The translations under genes and the position numbers were made by a program. Positions 47,872-61,412 of a stretch of 64,000 bases of DNA are shown piece by piece. The notes under the pieces were generated by a model, which saw only the letters and a program-made list of their open reading frames with translations, was not told the origin of the DNA and did not search any database. Numbering within the stretch: position 1 is the stretch's first letter; each line of letters opens with the position of its first letter. Source of the DNA: a virus (lineage: Duplodnaviria; Caudoviricetes); IMG/VR virus record IMGVR_UViG_3300026549_000041, positions 79,101-143,100 of that record; one strand, 5' to 3'.

Positions 47872-50800
47872 ATGTCACCCTTTTTAAGATTTACAAATTC
47901 AGCACCATCATCACCAACAGTAAACCAATTACCATCACGGACAACTATCTCAGTTCCTAACTCACCTGTAAGGGCAGTTTGGTCATCGGGAAGTCCCCAT
48001 TTACCACCAGCATATGCATGATTAGAAACTACAGAGCCTTTAACAAATGCAGTACCATATGCATGAGCTGTACCATTTGCAAAATGCGCCCTATAATTTG
48101 ATGCTAATTCATTAGCTTTGTTAATAGCTGATTGAATACCAGATTTAAGAGCACTTAACCCAGAAGAAGAAAAATTAGCAACAACACTTACAGTTTTACT
48201 TTTAACAGAATCAATTGCACTTTTCATAGCTTGCGCATCATTAATTACTTGATTTTTACCTGCAAGCATAACACTAGGAGTGGCTTTTTTATTATCTAAT
48301 TCTTTTGTCTGTTTATTTACATCATCGCTACCTTTTTTAAATTCTTTTGAATCCATCCCAACTTCGGGTTTAGGATTTTGTTTATCAATTTTCTTATTCT
48401 CTTCTTGAACATGTTTTGCACCTTTATCAAAAGGAGAAGTGTCCATTGACGTAGTTACAACCTGATTAACTTGTTCTTCTGATATGGTTTTATTAATTTG
48501 TGTATTTGTTGTTGTGGTATCTTTAGGCTTGGGAGTATCGCCAGTTGTTTTTACATTTATATGAAGCTCTCCCTTTTTGGCTAATTCTAATAATTCTTCA
48601 CCAGTTGCGTCTGGTTCAAGCCCCCATTTTTGTTTAACTTCTTCAGGTAAATTAGCAATTGTGTTTAATTCTTCTTTAAACTCTTCATCAGCATCCCAAT
48701 TAAAATGAATATCTTTATGTTGAGCTGCATAATCTAATTTAGAATTAATATCATCAACAACTTTTTCAGCTGCCATAAATTGGTCAACTGTAATCGAATC
48801 ACCACTAATATTTGATTTATTTAATAAATTTACTCTATACTGTAATTGTGCTAATAATTGGTCTAAATATTGAACTTGAGTATCATCTACATTTGGACGT
48901 ATTTCTTTTAATGTGTTTATTTTTTCTTGTAAATAATCAACATTGTTTAATAACATGGGGTCAATAGTAAACTGTTCTGAAAAATCAGTTTTCCCCGCTT
49001 CTTTTGAATAAGAAGACAATTTATTTACAATATCATTAATATTCTTTTTAGATGTTTCTAATTCTTTAGAATCAAATACTTTAAAATCAAATATTTTTCC
49101 TTCAACAAATTCACGTTTCTTCGCAGCCATAAAATTTAATAAATCAGCCACTTGTTGAAGTTTTTCTGTTTTTACTTTAGGGTCTAGACTTGTGTCTTCA
49201 GCAAGAGATTGTTGATAACCCATGAGCTTCTGCATTGCATCATCAACTTCCCTTTCACTTTTAGGGTCTAAATTAATTTTTAATTCAGTACCAGTAGTTT
49301 CTTCTAATGCTTCTTTAGCAGAAATAGCCTTTTCTTTTAATTGCTCTAAAGAGAACAAAGGCTGGTCTAAATGAATTTCAAAGCCAGCATCAGCAGCTGC
49401 TCTTAAAATAGAATGGACACTTTCAATATCCATGCCTAACATTTCGGCTATTTGATAATCACCATTTTCAGTGAAATCGAACCAACCTTCTTCAAGATTG
49501 ACAAATTCTTTTCCAACTTCTTTTTGCTTATTTTGAATAGCATCAAAGAAATTCCAAACACCTTGAGAAGTAGTTTTACCATTAGCATCAACCGTAAAGA
49601 AATCTGCTATAGAATAACCACCAGTTCCTTCTATGTCTTTTGTAACTTCATCAAATTTTTCTTTTATTTTTTCAGCAGAAGAAGTCCAAGCATCCCAATC
49701 TTCATTTTCATCATTAAAAATTAAATCAATCCAACTTCTAGTCTTTTCACCAGCCCAACCTCGTTCAAGCTCATCTTTAACAGCGTCATATCCACTATAA
49801 ACGCTATTATACATTTCACGTTCGCCCTCACTATTCTGTTTAGACAACCATGTTTGATAAGCTGAATTAGCATTATTAAATGTCATTAATTGTTCATTTA
49901 ATTTATCAATATTATCTTGAATAGCCTGTCGCTGTTGTATAAAACCAGAGGTGTCTTCACCAGCTGCTTTAGCCTGAAGATATCCTTCTTGTAATTTATC
50001 TAATGCTTGATATTGTTCGTACATAGAAGAAGCATAATCAGCCTTGACCATAGCTTCTTGTTCTTGTCTTAATAAATATGCCCCTTGAGTATTTAAATGA
50101 TAACCATTTGCAGTTCTTTCTAATACCGAATCAAGATTATCACCAAAAGCAGCTCGTAATTCAGTTAATGTTTGTTCTGTTAAACCTGTACCTTTTGCAG
50201 ATTCAGCAAGAGCAGTATTTAATGTATTAAGAACTCCTATGGCACTTTCGACAGAAGAAGAAAACGCATTATATGAGTCAGAAGCCATATATGCAACATC
50301 AGCTGCATCTCCGTGAACAATTCCAGCAGTTACTAATGCATTAATTAAATTATCTGCATCAGCAGTAGTCCATCCCATTGCATCCATTAATGCCTTTAAT
50401 GCATCAGCATATTTTCCACTTGCATAAGTATTATCTTTAAGTGTCGCCTGAATATCAACTTTATCTGGATTTAATTTATATAATTTTTCGGCGGCTTTAT
50501 AAGCTTTCTTTTGTTCTTTGGTTAATTTACTTTGGGCTTTAGCATTATCTTTAAGAGTCTTTTTATCAGTCCCTCCAAATAATCCTTCTTTTTCTTCAGG
50601 CACAGGGATATCTTTAAATAATTCAACTGTATCTCTAAATTTATTTTTAGCGTCAACTAAAGAAGTATCTATTTTATCAAATAGAAGAGCGAATTGTCCA
50701 TTATCGCCAACTTTAAGAAAATCATTTTTAGCTTTAGTCGCTTCATCAAAGGCTTTACGTGCTTCATTAATTTTTTGAGTATCACCAGTAATATAAGCAT

Positions 50801-52613
50801 CTTCAAGATTAGAAACAGAAGATTGATAATTCTTATAAATGTCATAACCTTTAGTATCATTACCAGCCAAATCTAATTCTAAACCTTTAAGAGCTGTTGC
50901 TTCATATTTATCAACAACTTCATAAGCTTTACTAATCTGTTCCTCTATTTTTGCAATTTGCTTATTAAGTGCTTCAAGAGTATCTCTATCTCTATACTCT
51001 GCTTTTAATTCTTCAAGAGCTTTTTTGGTATTTTCTAAGGCATTAATACCATCAGAAGCAGTTCCTTTTACAGAAGCATTAAAAGTACCCATTCCAGCAG
51101 CTTGAATTCGAAATCCATTTTTTAATAATTCATCTGTTATTGCTTTATCTAAATTTGCATTTCCAGTATTATTTAAACCAATATTATAAGACCTATTATT
51201 TTTATTATATTCTTGTTCAGCTACTTGGAAACCTTCATAATCTTTAAAATATTGGTCTTGCGCTTCTTTTTGACTAATTGAATTTAATAATCCAACTTGT
51301 TCTTCAAGTTTACCATTAATTAAATCAACACCTTGAGCCGCTGTACCATACTGTTCTGTAATTGACTTTTGAATATCTAATATTTGTTGTTTAACATTTA
51401 TTGTTTCTTGTTCAGATAAATCTCCAGAATCTAATTGTGCTTTTAATTGCTTGTAAGATTCTATTTGTTGAGATGTAGCTTCTTGTTGAGTTTTAATATT
51501 TTCAGCTGTTGCTTTCGCATCTGCAAATACAGATTCTCTATGTGCATCATATGCTTTTTTAGCAGCAAATAATACAACAGCCGCTGCACCTATTGCTAAT
51601 GGAACAGCTCCAATAGTGCTTACTAATCCTGTAAAAGCACCTTTTAACAAATTAATTCCACCAGAAGCTTTAGCAAAAATTCCACCAGATTCAGCAACTT
51701 GTTCCGCTTCTTCTGCCATACCTAATTGAACATAGGCTAACGCTTGTTCTTCAACAGATAATGTTTCTGCTTCATTTGATGCAGTTTTAGCGACAGAAGA
51801 AGCAATACCTGTTGTATCAACTGCTGATTCTGCAAGTTCAGCCCCAGTAGCTTCAATACTCGCTTCTGTTTTGGCTTTTTCAGAAACAGTTTTTGCAGCA
51901 TTAATTGCAGTAGCAGTTTCTTCGATTACATTTAAACCTTCTTGAGCCTTAGCCATTTCTTCAGTAGCTTTTTGGGCTTCATTTAAACCATTAGCCCAAT
52001 CTAAAAATTGAGTAATTATCCCTTTTCCAGACCTAGCTTTTGTAATAATATTTAAATAAGGAAGCATCAATGCTAAAGTTGTAGGAAGTACTCCTATAGC
52101 ATTTGCAAAATTAACAACTGCTTTAGCAGCATCAATAAAGAAATTAATAATTTCTCTATTAGCAGCATTCGCCCACATTTCTTGCCAAGCGTTGGTGAGT
52201 TGAGCAAGGTGACCCGATATACTTTGTACATATTTATCGTTTTCCCGCATAGCAGAGCCATTAGCTTCTTGAGAAGATTTATATGCTGCCTCTAAAACAT
52301 CAGGAGATTGGAATATACTAGCAGCAACATTTGCTCTTGTTTTTCCTGCAACAGTTTCCAAAAGCAAGTTAGCATTATTTCTACCTAATTGTTTGTCTGT
52401 ATCAACAATTTCTTGATATATTTGAGCAATACCAAGCATTATTTCATATGTTGATTTATAATTTCCATTATCATTTAAAATATCAAAACCTTTAAATCCA
52501 TTAGAAGCAACTGCTGTTGCTTCTTTAATTGTATCTCTAAGTTTTGATTGTGTTGTAATAAGACTGTCAGTATCTTCACCTAGTTCTTCAAGTTCTTCTT
52601 TTGCACTTTTTGT
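47872..52613 (-). CDS. tape measure protein exon 3
   Basis: TKSAKEELEELGED...GNYKSTYEIM...LLETVAGKTRAN TMP core motifs; ends ...NLKKGD-I. Confidence 0.85.
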
Positions 52614-54079
52614 CTTTCTGTTACTTTCAACTTTTAGTTTACTGACCATAATAATATTATGGCGATTAGTCATTTCTGGCTAATTCTCACATTTCATATT
52701 AATTGGGTTATAGTGTGAGTTCGGACTGTATATTCATCCTATTTATCCAATAGGAGATAGCTCAATTTATATAATTACTTATATAAATATTACAGTCTCT
52801 ACGGAAGTAGTGTATATTATTTATATGTTTAAAATTTCTTTTATATTTTTATTATGCTCTATGTATATTTTTTTAGGAATCCAATAATACCCATTTGCAT
52901 AATATCTTTTAGTATGAATACACGAAGCAATATTTCCACTTAAAATACCAGTTTTTCTTTCTGCTTCTTTATAATTCACATAACTGTTTATATAATTATG
53001 ATTTACAGAAAATTGCATAACTTCAACATAATTACATTTACTATAATTCTTAGGATAAAATAATCTATTAGAATATAAAGCATCATAAATACGATGTGGA
53101 GAAATTTCTAACAAATTAGCTATTTCAGTTACTTTATTTCCCTCATTTAATAACGATTGAATTTTATGAACATCTAATTTATTCTTGTCCTCTTGAATAA
53201 CCCAATCAGGTATTTCTTCTAAATCTGGAAAAAACAACTTACAATAATCCAATACGCTAATTTTGTCAATTTTATAGTCATAAAATTTATACCCTTTATT
53301 AATCCAATAATCTTTTTTTATTTTATCTCTTTCTTTCTGAGCTTCCCTTTCATGAAACTGCCCTTGAATTTCAATAGCAATTTTTAATCTATGATTAACA
53401 ATATCGGTACACATAATAGCATTTGTATTTGGATTAATACAAGAGGGGTCTTCTAGAATAGTATCAGGATACTTGTTCATAAATAATTGTTTTAATACAA
53501 TTGCATGTAAAGATTCTTTTCGTCCATCACAAATAGGACAAATTAATCCTCTATGAGAATCCTTTTCCGAATCTCTAGAACCTCTTAAGGCATTAAAAAA
53601 AGACATATGAATTATTTCTCCGCATCTTTTACAGCGGAAATCTAGTATTTTGTTTCTGGTATAACTATCATCAACCTTAGACAATAATTCAAAATTATTT
53701 TCCTTCTCATAGATTAAATATTGTTTAATATTTTCTTCTAAATAAGGGTTACTCTTATGAAACCACATACGAGAAGAGTAATTGGTTCTCTTTAACAAAA
53801 TTTCTCCTGTTACAAATGCTTTATAAATTCCATCAGAGATTGCTAATTTTTGTTTTGTATTTTTATATTCATTTTTAGGTGTTAAAATTTTAATACCAAA
53901 TTGATTTGAAAAATCAACCATATCTTCAAATTTTCTTTTAAACATATAACACTACCTTTCCACGGTCTTGTCGCCCCAATACGATTTTAACCGTTATAGC
54001 TATTTTCTAACATAACATAATTATATAATATATACATGTTAATGTCCATAGATTGCTCTATGTTCGGGCACATCTATTT
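52614..54079 (-). mobile_element. group I intron TMP-I2 (1466 nt) with PD-(D/E)XK ORF
   Basis: CGGGU| pairs with IGS GCCCG; GAGACTGTA / TACAGTC P7; 3' end GTAACAGAAAG|. Splicing gives RLTG|TKSAKEEL. Confidence 0.85.
52821..53945 (-). CDS. intron-encoded putative homing endonuclease (Zn-ribbon + Vsr-like PD-(D/E)XK + NUMOD1-like)
   Basis: CKRCG..CPICD, TDIVNHRLKIAIEIQGQFH...RDKIKK, C-terminal EAERKTGI...IASCI..ANGYYW. Confidence 0.7.
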   Translation of the reverse strand: MFKRKFEDMVDFSNQFGIKILTPKNEYKNTKQKLAISDGIYKAFVTGEILLKRTNYSSRMWFHKSNPYLEENIKQYLIYEKENNFELLSKVDDSYTRNKILDFRCKRCGEIIHMSFFNALRGSRDSEKDSHRGLICPICDGRKESLHAIVLKQLFMNKYPDTILEDPSCINPNTNAIMCTDIVNHRLKIAIEIQGQFHEREAQKERDKIKKDYWINKGYKFYDYKIDKISVLDYCKLFFPDLEEIPDWVIQEDKNKLDVHKIQSLLNEGNKVTEIANLLEISPHRIYDALYSNRLFYPKNYSKCNYVEVMQFSVNHNYINSYVNYKEAERKTGILSGNIASCIHTKRYYANGYYWIPKKIYIEHNKNIKEILNI

Positions 54080-54427
54080 ACCCGTTAATCTAAGTGCAAT
54101 AGTTCTTAATCCGTTTCCTGCTTTAGATACATCTTGTACAACTTGGTTACCAGCAGTTACCAAAGCGAGTGCTTCATCCATATCATTTCCAGCCGTCTTT
54201 AAAGCAGAAGCGGAAGCTTGTAACGCTTCAGCTGCACCACTTGTACTTATACTATAATTATTACCAACTTCATTTAATTTATCTATTATATTCATCTTAG
54301 ATAAATCATTATAGGCAGCTCCCATAGCAATTAAACTCTTAGTTGCTTCATCAATACTCTGAAATTCAGAAACATTCATAAGTACATTAGCACTTTTAGC
54401 AGATTCAGAAGCCTCTTTTAATGTTTC
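54080..54427 (-). CDS. tape measure protein exon 2 (116 codons)
   Basis: ETLKEA...IIDKLNEVGNNYSIST...GNGLRTIALRLTG, typical TP901-type TMP core. Confidence 0.85.
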
Positions 54428-55452
54428 CTTTTTGTTACTCTTTTTATTTAAAAATAAAAAGGGATAGGTCATTTCTGCCTATCTCTGCAATTTTTTGTTT
54501 TATTCGATTATATTTGCAGAACAGACCATACCTTCATCCTAAGAAGGATGCTCCCATACGCTTAATTGTTACCTTTCAAGCTGTGGTCGTTACGGGACTT
54601 ATATATTTATTAATCATATTAATTATATCCTCTTTTGTTTTGTAATACGGAATTCTCAATAATTCAATATTATGGCTAAATGCATATTCATTTTTTATCT
54701 TATCATTTTCTTTAGTAACTCCAAACTTTTCTTCACCGCCCCAACCTTTTATTGGTTCAAAATGATGAAGCCCATCATATTCAATTAATAAATTATAATC
54801 ATATATATAAAAATCATAAGATAATAAATTAGTACCATTTTTATTTTTACAATCTGGAAATCTTTTCTGATATTCGAATTTAATATTTAACATAGTTAAA
54901 TAATCAAATATAAATTCTTCCCATTGGCTATGACGTTTACAACCACAAGAAGTGGTTTGTCCGCTTGTTAAATTTGTTCCATATGTATCGAACTCTTGTC
55001 CACAATCGCATTTACAGTGCCATTTAATATGTCCTTGATTATCTCGAATTCCTGTATCTTCAATAACCATAACATTATAAAATTTTTTACCTGTTAAATC
55101 TATTTTCTTGTGTTTATGACCTACATTTTTTATATGTTTAGTAGCACCAGATCTTAATGCATCTGTTCGAATAATATATTCTTTTCCATCTATTCCTAAA
55201 CATCTGCAATAAGCTCTCATATCTTTTCCGCATCTTTTATAAATCATTTCTAAAACGGTAAAATCACCATAAGTTTCACCAATTATATTTAAAGTTCTTT
55301 TAATTTTTTATCCCACCTTTCATGGGATTAATTAATATAAATAATAATATATACATTACCCACGGAGTTGCCTATCTCTAGGGTTTCTCCGTTTTGAGAG
55401 AGTTTTCATCTGTATATTACTATACAGCGGAGCATAGAACATTTGTTCCCAT
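54428..55452 (-). mobile_element. group I intron TMP-I1 (1025 nt) with PD-(D/E)XK ORF
   Basis: GGU| 5' junction; ACGACCA / ATGGTC P7; 3' end GTAACAAAAAG|. Splicing gives FMRLG|ETLKEA. Confidence 0.82.
54576..55304 (-). CDS. intron-encoded putative homing endonuclease (CxCxC repeats + Vsr/DUF559-like nuclease), probable ATT start
   Basis: WHCKCDCG..L.SG.TTSCGC and YDFYI..YNLLIEYDGLHH...NDKIKN...LLRIPY. The frame stays open 19 codons upstream of ATG 55247, to an ATT spaced 9 nt from AAAGGTG. Confidence 0.72.
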   Translation of the reverse strand: MKRTLNIIGETYGDFTVLEMIYKRCGKDMRAYCRCLGIDGKEYIIRTDALRSGATKHIKNVGHKHKKIDLTGKKFYNVMVIEDTGIRDNQGHIKWHCKCDCGQEFDTYGTNLTSGQTTSCGCKRHSQWEEFIFDYLTMLNIKFEYQKRFPDCKNKNGTNLLSYDFYIYDYNLLIEYDGLHHFEPIKGWGGEEKFGVTKENDKIKNEYAFSHNIELLRIPYYKTKEDIINMINKYISPVTTTA

Positions 55453-58400
55453 ACCCAAACGCATAAAATCGGCAGTTGAATTTTGTAATTGTAATGCACT
55501 TGTACCAATAGCGTCAGCTGTTTCAAAAGTAGTCTTTTGATATCTTTCTAATGACGTTCTTGTTTCATCAGAAACTTTCATCATCTCTGTAAGAGCATCA
55601 TCAAATTGATGAATTACTTCAAATCCTTGACGGAATTGATTAAAGATTTGATAGAAAGAAAATTTAGTAGCAAGAAAAGCAATTCCTTCTTTCATCTTTA
55701 AAGTCATCATGTCCCAAATAGAAAAACTTTTCTTTTGTTCAGCTGAAAATTGCTGAACATCAGCTTTCATTGATTCATAACTAGCTTTACTAATAGTTGC
55801 TCCTGATTTTAAAATATCTAAATATTTTTTTAATTTATTAGAAGCATCATCAGATAAATTAACATCACCGCCCAAAAGTGATTCTATTTTATTTGTTAAT
55901 CCTGAAACTTCCTTCTCCGTTGCATTAGCCGTACCTTTTCTTGTTAATTTTATTAATGCGTCGATTTTATTTTTTAATGATTCAACTTCTTTATTAGCTT
56001 CTTTTAATTCTTTTAAATCTGTTGTGTCTGATTCTCTTAGTTGTTTTAATTTTTCGACAGATTTAATGTATTCCTCTAAAGCATGATTTAAATTAATTAC
56101 ATTTTGTTGCTGTTCTTTTATTTTATTAATACTGTCCGAATTTACCCCATCTGTTGAAAGAGATTCAAGAGGTATTATACTTCCTTCAGCATTTAAAGTT
56201 CCATAAGATTGTATTGTATTAATAGCATTTTTCTTAACTAATTCATCTGACCTTGTTTCGAAAAAACTATCTATCCTATCTTTTAATTCTTTTAATTCAT
56301 TTTCAGCTTTTTCTGTATCTTTAGCTAATTGTAATGCAATATTTTCTTGAGAAGCAGGAGAATTAATTTCAGCTCTTAATTCTTTAACTTTTATCATAAG
56401 ATTGTCAAAAAGTTTTATTAATTCAAAAACTCTTTGAGGGTCACCAATAAGTTTCCCATCAGAATCAAAAGAAGAACTTAGTTCTGTTTTAATATTTCTA
56501 ATTTTTTCATCAATTTCAATTAATTTATCTGCATTTTCAGTTAAAGATAAATTTCCAAAAGGATTTAATATCTTTTCGATATTTAATTCACTATTAATAT
56601 ATTCTTCTTTTTTACTTAAACTAGCAAATTGCTTTTCTATTTGTTCTCTACCAACTTCAGTATAACGATTAATCATTTGTCCAATCTGGTTAATATCGCT
56701 ATTTGTTGTGAAAGAGATTTGCCCTTCAATTGGAATATTAATAGGTTTATTTTTAGCTTCTTCATCAGCTATTTTTTGAGCATGAGCTTTTTCTTCTTGA
56801 ATTATCTGTTTATATTCTTCACCCAAATCATGAGTATTTTGGTCAATAACAGAAAGAAATGATAATTGCCCATCAACTTCGCCTTTTTCGTCCCAAGCAT
56901 ATAATTGCAATTGGTCTTTATATTCCTTTATTTTATCTTGATTTTTCTTTTGCTGTACTGACAAACTCTGTTCTATAAAACGAGCTTGTTCAAGTTCTAA
57001 TTGAGTTTGTTTTTGATTCTGTTCGATTTGTTTTTTTTGTATATTTTCTTGTAATTGCAATCCTTGCTCTGAGATATCACTATAAGCCTTTTGAGTTTTT
57101 ATAGAATCTTGTATAGATTTATTTCTAATTTGCTCAGATTGCTCAATTAATCTTGCTTGTTCTAACTCTGATTGATAATTTTTTTTTGCTTGTTCTATTT
57201 TTTCTTTTTGTGTGTCTAATTGAATTTGTTTTCCTTGGTCTTGTACTAATTCATGTCTGTTTTGCTTGTCGTTTTTTGTATAAATTTTATTAATATTAAA
57301 ATCACTAACTTGTTCTTGTTGTCTATTTTGTTGTAAAGCAGTTTGAAGTTCTTTCTTTTTTATATCTTCAATTCTTTTTTGTTGCTCTAATTCCATAGAA
57401 TTATTTTGCTCATATATAGCATTACGAGCTTCTTGTATTCTTAATAATTCTATATTTTTTTCTTCTTCTGCTTTAATATCTGTTTCTATATTATTTTCTT
57501 TTTTAGGAACGCTATTTTTTGTAAGGTCTATATCTTCAACTTTTTCTAAAGCTTCCGCTTCTTGTTCAATTTTAGGCATAGAAGCAACAATAGATTGAAG
57601 AACATCTTTATTTGCTTCAACAAATTTTCTTTTTGCTTCCGCAGCTTCTTCGGCAGAACCCGAAAGAAAATTAAAACCTTTTGATTCAGTATTAATTTGA
57701 GCCATCGAAGCATCAATAGAAACTTTTATATCTTCAAATATTTTAGAAATAGCAGTTGCAGGATTGGCATTAGAAATATCTTGATTAATTTGTTCTATTA
57801 TTTTATCAGGAGATAAAGTATTAGAAACAATTTTATTTAAATCTCCACCTTCTTGAATTACAAAAGACCTTAATTGTTCAATTAAAGTTTTATAAACATT
57901 TATTTTATCAGTTAAAGGGGCATTAATATCATCAACAATAGAAAAATCAGACATCATGGTTTTTACATAATTACTACCACCTTCTAATTTAGACAAAGCA
58001 TTAAATGCAGAAGAATCATCTCCATATTTATTTACAAAATAAGAATCTAATTCACTATATTGTTTTTCTAATTCTTTTAATATTTTTCTTTTAGCTTCCC
58101 CTTGTTGACCAATAGGATTATTATTAGGCAACCCGATATTAAGATTAAAATCTTTTTGTTTAATTTCTCCTAAAACAGCACTCAATTCTTTTAAAGCGTC
58201 TGTCATACTCTTAACAGATTGAGTAATAGAAGGAATATCAGAACTATCATCTAACGTTCCAAGAGCTTTTTGAATATTACCAAGAAGGGTTAATATTTCT
58301 TGCAATTTTTCTGGAGGGATAGAAGATGGTATTGAAGCGTTAGAAGTTGAAGTGGTGTTCTTTTCAGATTTTGTTTCTTCAGTTTGTTCCTTCTCAGTAT

Positions 58401-60864
58401 TTTCTTCTTTTTTAGTGCGTTCTCTATCTTCTTGAGCAGCTCTTTCTGCTTCTTCTTTTTTTCGTTGTTCTTCTTCTTTTCTTTTAATTTCTAATTTTTC
58501 TTCCGCTTGTTTTTGTTTTTCTAAAAGTTGGTCTTTTTTTTCATTTAATTCTACTTGACGATTATCTAAATCAATCTGCTGTTGTTGAGCCTCTTGAAGC
58601 TTTCTTTTTGTTTCATCATATATTTTTTTTTGGATATTTCTTTCTTCTTCTAATTGTTTCAATCTTTCTTCATAACGTATTTTATCTTCATCGGTCTCTT
58701 GATTTTGCTCTATACTTTGAGTTATTTGTGTAAGCTCTGTTTCACTTTGCTGTTTTTGTTTTTCTAATTTAGAAATATTAATATCTGAAGAATTAAGTTC
58801 TGCTTCTTTTTTTTCAATTGCTTTTCGATTATTTTCTTTAGCCTTTTGAGGGTCATCACTTAATTGTTTGTTTAATTGCTTTTTTTGTTGTTTTAATTTA
58901 TTTATTTTATCTTGTAATTGCTGTACTTCATTTTCTATTTCTTTATATATTTCTTCTTCTCGTTGTTTATGCTGTTGTAAATAATTAATAGCTTCTTGAT
59001 ATTCATAATCATTATCAGTATCAAATTGTTCATTATATAAACGACTATCTGCAATACCTATTCCTTTTGCTGCTTGCCACGCTTTATAATGCTTAACCAC
59101 AAAGCGCATTCTTTCTGCTTCTTTATCTGTCCATTTAGAAGAACTAGGATTTTCTCTAAATTCACGATATTTCTCACCTAATTGTTTAAGCCTTTCATAA
59201 GCCTCTTTCTTATTTTTAAACTCATATTCTTGTGCTAATGGAGCATTATAAAAATTAATCCATGCTTTTTCATTATCTAATCCTTTTTGCTCTTCATCTA
59301 ATTTTCCTTGAGAAGCATTAATTTCTTCATCTAAAGGAGGAAGTATTTTCTCTAATTGTTTTTCTCCGTCTTCGATATTTTTTTTTATTTCTTCTCTTTC
59401 AGATATCAATTTATCATAAGTTTTTTTTATTTCATCTCTTTTAGTTTTTTCTTCTTCAAGCTGTTGGTTTAAAGAAGCTACTGTATTTTCTAAAGCATTT
59501 TTTTCTCTTTCGGCATTTTCAAGTGAACTCGTATATTTTACATGTTCATTCTGAAGACTTTGGAAATCTCTTTCTTTTTCTTTTAATTTATTTTCTTCAA
59601 CAGGCAATTGTTTTTTTAATTGAATTTCTTTATCTTGTGCTTTATCTAATTTGTCATCAATTTGTCTTAATTCATTATCTATTTGTCCTATTTGGTTTTT
59701 ATAATCTTGGATTAGTTTTTCTTCATCTGTATCTTCAAATTGTGACTCTGTTTTTTCTGTATTCTTTTTATATTTTTCATCTTCATTTTGGGTTCTTTTT
59801 CTTAATTCTGGTTTTTCTTTAGAGCTTAATTTAATAGCTCGTTTGGTTATACTACCAGCTCTTATTGTTGTAGGAGGATTTTCTGGCGCTTCTGCGTCAT
59901 ACAAGCTTTGCATTTTTTGATTAGTTGTATTTTTAATTCCCTTGGTCAAATCAGAATATGTTATCTCTTGCGCAGAAGATTTATAAATCCTATCTAAAAC
60001 CGCAAAATATTCTGCACTTTTATTTTCTATATATTTAACTGTAGCTTCATCTAGACTTTCTTGTGCAGATTGTAATAAATATTTATAATCTAAATCTTTT
60101 AAGTTTTCATCTTCAGCTTTTCCAAATTCTAGACCTAAAAATTTTCCTCTTAATAAATATCCTAATAAATCTTGTCCTTCATTTTTAGTAAGTCTTTTAC
60201 CAGACTTAGCTTTTTTATTAAGTTCATTAAGAGCAGATAAAGTTGCCGTAGGATTAACACCATATTGCAAAACATCATTATAATCACCACTTAACTGTAA
60301 AATGGCATCAAGCCTTTTTGCTCCTTTAGTGTATTCTTTCTTCGCCGCATCTTTGCCTCTACCACTTAAATCCGAAAGAGAGGGCAATACAGTAGTAAGG
60401 ATTCCTTGTTTTTGTCTTTCAGTTAAACCCTCTATGGTTTTTAGAATATCCATTACATCGTTAAGGTCTGCAATATATGCTTTTAAATCTTCTCCACTAA
60501 AACCTTTTAACTTACTATAATCTTGTTTAATACCAATATCCCGAAGATTTGTTAAAGCACTTTCAAATCCTTTAATCATTTGTATACGAATTTCATCGGA
60601 TATTCCCTCTTTGTTTATTTCGTTAACAAAATTAGGAAGTATAGAACTTAAGTCCAAATTTTTTACTCTACTTTTAGAAAGAATTTCATTAATATTCCTA
60701 ATAGCTTCAGCAGCTTTTTTTTCTAAATCTTTATTATTAAATTCAACATCTAAAGGGACTTGTTTTAATTGAGCACTGAGTCCCTTTTTTAAATCACTCG
60801 CTATATCCTTAAAATTTTGAAGTTCAACACTCAGGCTGATTTTACCTTCAGCATTTACTCCCAT
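55453..60864 (-). CDS. tape measure protein exon 1 (spliced product ~4696 aa)
   Basis: AAGGAGG RBS; long coiled coil ending ...DDALTEMMKVSDET...ADFMRLG. Confidence 0.85.
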
Positions 60865-60885
60865 CTCAAGTCACCTCCTTTTTCT

Positions 60886-61410
60886 TTAAGAAAAACTTAA
60901 TATTGAATACGATTGAGCCTTAGCTTTTTCAAAACCTTTAGATAACAATTCTCTTTTAAAATCTCTAGAATAAGCTTTTCTTTTAATTCTATTAATTCTA
61001 TCTGGCAAACCTTGTATTTCTCGCCAATAAGCATTTTTACCATAACCTACTTTTTCTTGACCATGAATTCCCTTAATCCAAACATCATTATAAATATCTT
61101 CTTCTGTATAAGATTTACCTTTATCATGATTAGTAAAAGCTGAATTAATAAAAATACCACCTTCATAAATATTTCCTTTGATAGCTATAAATTTTTGATA
61201 AGATAAATCTCCCATTTGACCAGTTCTATCATATAAACGAGGTTCATCATATTCCATATAATACTCAGCCATTTCCCCAAAAGCAAATTTATCAAGTTGA
61301 TTTTGCGCTTCATCAATAATTGCTGTAGCACAAGTCCTAGCGAACTTTTCTATATCTTGTGTAATAGCTTTTTCATTCAAAATTACATCAGGTTTAACAT
61401 TGACCTTCAT
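60886..61410 (-). CDS. hypothetical protein upstream of TMP
   Basis: ORF in the late operon; YDRTG motif. Confidence 0.6.
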   Translation of the reverse strand: MKVNVKPDVILNEKAITQDIEKFARTCATAIIDEAQNQLDKFAFGEMAEYYMEYDEPRLYDRTGQMGDLSYQKFIAIKGNIYEGGIFINSAFTNHDKGKSYTEEDIYNDVWIKGIHGQEKVGYGKNAYWREIQGLPDRINRIKRKAYSRDFKRELLSKGFEKAKAQSYSILSFS

Positions 61411-61412
61411 CC

